From contig CAVOFT010000001.1 of assembly GCA_963695095.1 (NCBI GenBank), positions 3,296,001 through 3,360,000 of the forward strand: DNA of 64,000 nt. Reading direction: 5' to 3'. The translations under genes and the position numbers were made by a program. The DNA comes from an uncultured bacterium (GTDB taxonomy: Bacteria > Krumholzibacteriota > Krumholzibacteriia > JACNKJ01). Positions 62,065 to 64,000 of the stretch are shown one piece after another (the stretch's first letter is position 1; every line of letters begins with the position of its first letter). Under the pieces are notes generated by a model. The model was not told the DNA's origin and ran no database searches. It worked only from the letters and a program-made list of their open reading frames with translations.

Positions 62065-63546
62065 CTAGATCTCGTGGGGGAGCACTTCCTCGGGGCTGAG
62101 GAAGTACTTGTCGGCCGGGTAGAAGAGGACGTTGCTCACGCGCGAGGTGTAGAGGCAGGCGAAGTCGCCCATCTGGTCCCCGAAGCGACTCAGCTCGTTC
62201 TCCACCTTGCACAGGGGCCCCCAGTAGGGGTTGAAGCGCCGCCGGATGCCGGCCTCGATCTCCTTGATCGCCAGCAGGTTCGCCGTCAGCTGCTGGTCGA
62301 GCGCCCGTTCCTCGGCGCTCTGGTGGACAAGGCGTTCGTCGATGGCCCGCATGGCCTCGGGCGCCAGGGAGCGGTAGCCGGTGAGCTTGGCTTGCCGGGC
62401 GGCGTCCAGGGCCTCGCGCACCTCGAGGAGGCGCTCCAGGATGGCCTCGTTCTCCGCCTGCAGCCCGTCGATGCGCTCGGTGTCCGGGGCGCTGGCTTCC
62501 ATGGCCCGCAGCTCGTGCTCCAGCTCCTCGACGATCATCATCGTCCGCCAGCCGCAGCTCTTCTTGGAGCGCAGGATGTCCCCGTAGATGTGATCGCCGA
62601 CATAGAGGATCGCGTCCCCCGCTGCCCCGAGCTCTTGCTGGAGGAGCTGGACGTTGCCGCCGGCGAAACAGGGAACGCCGTGGCAGTCGCCTTCCACTGG
62701 CCGCCAGGCCGCCTGCTCCGAAAAGAAGCCCGGCTTGCGGGAATCCGTGACGATCAGGTCGAAGTAGGCCCACCAGGGCCGCTCGAGCAGCCCATCCGCC
62801 AGAACGTAGGCGAGAACGGCCTCCGTGTACTCGAGATCCGAGTTCGTGAGCAGGAAGAGCTTCTTCCCGGAGCGGCGCAGCTTGTCCAGGGCCGCCGGCA
62901 GCCGCGGATCGCGCAGGAAGCACTCCCCCAGCCGATCGAGGATGAGGCTCTTCAAGGTCCCATCCCGGTGCACCTGATCGACGCTGCTGCGGATCTCGTC
63001 GAAGAGGCGGCGGTAGTCCGGTTCGCTCTGGGCTTCGGCTTCGAGCGCCTGGACCACGCCGGCGTAGAGGGAGATCTCCGGCAGGCCGAAGAGCGTATCG
63101 TTGCTCCAGAAGCGGTCGCCGGACATGCGCAGGCCGTCGCTCGTGTAGAGGTCCTTCCGCTTGTCCTTGTCCAGACGCCGGCGTCCGTGCAGGGCTTCGG
63201 CAACATACTGGAACTTGTCCATTTTCAGGATGTTGCCCTTCTCCTTGTCCACCACCAGGCCGCGGATCCCGAAGTCCGGGTCGTAGCGCACCTCGCGCAG
63301 GAGGGCGGGGTAGCCATGGTCGCGGATGAGGGCATCCTTGGCGAGATCGAAGGCCAGGGCCTCGATGAAGTTGCGGTTGTAGAGGGCCAGGGTATGGTCC
63401 ATGTCGAAGCCCACCCAGCGGATGCTGCCCATGCGCAGGTTCCGATTGACGAAGATCCGGTTGGGCTTGGCGATGAAGCGCTCGAAGCGGTGCGAGGCCA
63501 CCGTCGGCAGTCTGTAGTCGGGGAGGTCGGAGGCCTTGCGCATCAT
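62065..63546 (-). CDS. HAD-IG family 5'-nucleotidase (cN-II-like)
   Basis: IFVNRNL, GFDMDHTLA.Y, RGLVVD..GNILK, LFLLTNS, KPGFF, LYVGDHIYGDI, LYTSRVSN, LPHE. Confidence 0.92.
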   Translation of the reverse strand: MMRKASDLPDYRLPTVASHRFERFIAKPNRIFVNRNLRMGSIRWVGFDMDHTLALYNRNFIEALAFDLAKDALIRDHGYPALLREVRYDPDFGIRGLVVDKEKGNILKMDKFQYVAEALHGRRRLDKDKRKDLYTSDGLRMSGDRFWSNDTLFGLPEISLYAGVVQALEAEAQSEPDYRRLFDEIRSSVDQVHRDGTLKSLILDRLGECFLRDPRLPAALDKLRRSGKKLFLLTNSDLEYTEAVLAYVLADGLLERPWWAYFDLIVTDSRKPGFFSEQAAWRPVEGDCHGVPCFAGGNVQLLQQELGAAGDAILYVGDHIYGDILRSKKSCGWRTMMIVEELEHELRAMEASAPDTERIDGLQAENEAILERLLEVREALDAARQAKLTGYRSLAPEAMRAIDERLVHQSAEERALDQQLTANLLAIKEIEAGIRRRFNPYWGPLCKVENELSRFGDQMGDFACLYTSRVSNVLFYPADKYFLSPEEVLPHEI

Positions 63547-63672
63547 CGTCCTGAGAATGTGGGCCAGCGCCGGGCGCGCGGCAAGGCGAAGCCAGAGGAT
63601 GGTGAGAACTTCCCGTTAATGCATAATCCTTGCCAATAGTGCCGAGGCTGCACAAATTCCTTCGACAGGGGC

Positions 63673-63701
63673 TTGACCGCACTCCCCCCGTCTGCCAGAC
63701 T
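63673..63701 (+). promoter_or_regulatory. Putative sigma70 promoter for 3D-domain gene
   Basis: TTGACC-17 bp-CAGACT. Confidence 0.45.
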
Positions 63702-63730
63702 CAGCGCTTGACCCCAACCACTGGCCGTTC

Positions 63731-64000
63731 ATGAAGACCACCCTCGCGCCTGTCCTTGCCCTCGTGCTCACCCTGGGTCTGCGCCCTGCCCAGCCCTGGC
63801 AGCAGCAGGCTTCAGAGGCGGGCCCGGAGGCGGACTCCGCTTCGGGGCTGCAGCTCGCCTCCCCGACCTGGGCTGTGGTGGACGAATGGCTAGGCCTGCT
63901 CAGTGCGCCCATCTATGCCGTCACCGTGACCGGCTACTCCAGCAGCGCGGCCCAGTGTGACGCCACCCCCCACCTGACGGCGACCGGGACCCCTGTTCGG
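63731..64000 (+). CDS. 3D-domain protein (3' partial)
   Basis: Hand-translated MKTTLAPVLALVLTLG...VTVTGYSSSAAQCDATPHLTATGT, resembling the start of 3D domains. Confidence 0.7.
   Translation, partial: MKTTLAPVLALVLTLGLRPAQPWQQQASEAGPEADSASGLQLASPTWAVVDEWLGLLSAPIYAVTVTGYSSSAAQCDATPHLTATGTPVR

Overview
High-GC bacterial window, probably from a non-Bacteroidota FCB-group lineage such as Latescibacterota, Krumholzibacteriota or Eisenbacteria. This is inferred from six secreted proteins with PNPF..GxY..K C-terminal domains and a SWxxIKxLY C-terminal motif. In order, it holds: the end of a bat operon (batB, batC, batD-batE fusion); a degenerate Cache/MCP-like protein; an MFS transporter; NmrA-like, RluA-like and MltB genes; a TolB-repeat amidohydrolase; a Yej/Opp-type peptide ABC transporter; pcm; a heme oxygenase; and several large secreted CTD proteins (beta-helix, gluzincin-like, and a papain-like protein lacking its catalytic Cys). 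These are followed by rarA, an unusual signalling locus, two GH32-like paralogs flanking glpX, M28/M50 peptidases, a LolC/E permease and a cN-II 5'-nucleotidase. The best candidate novel system is at 38987-47968. It has three tandem FG-GAP-propeller/TM/histidine-kinase-like modules: two keep the putative phospho-His but have eroded ATPase domains, and the third has an intact ATPase domain but Cys in place of His. These are followed by a small HTH protein and an NtrC-like regulator with a degenerate AAA+ domain. Many genes between about 6.6 and 33 kb are frameshifted, most likely from long-read indel errors. No rRNA, tRNA, CRISPR array or intact mobile element was seen. All calls come from motif reading; no database searches were run.
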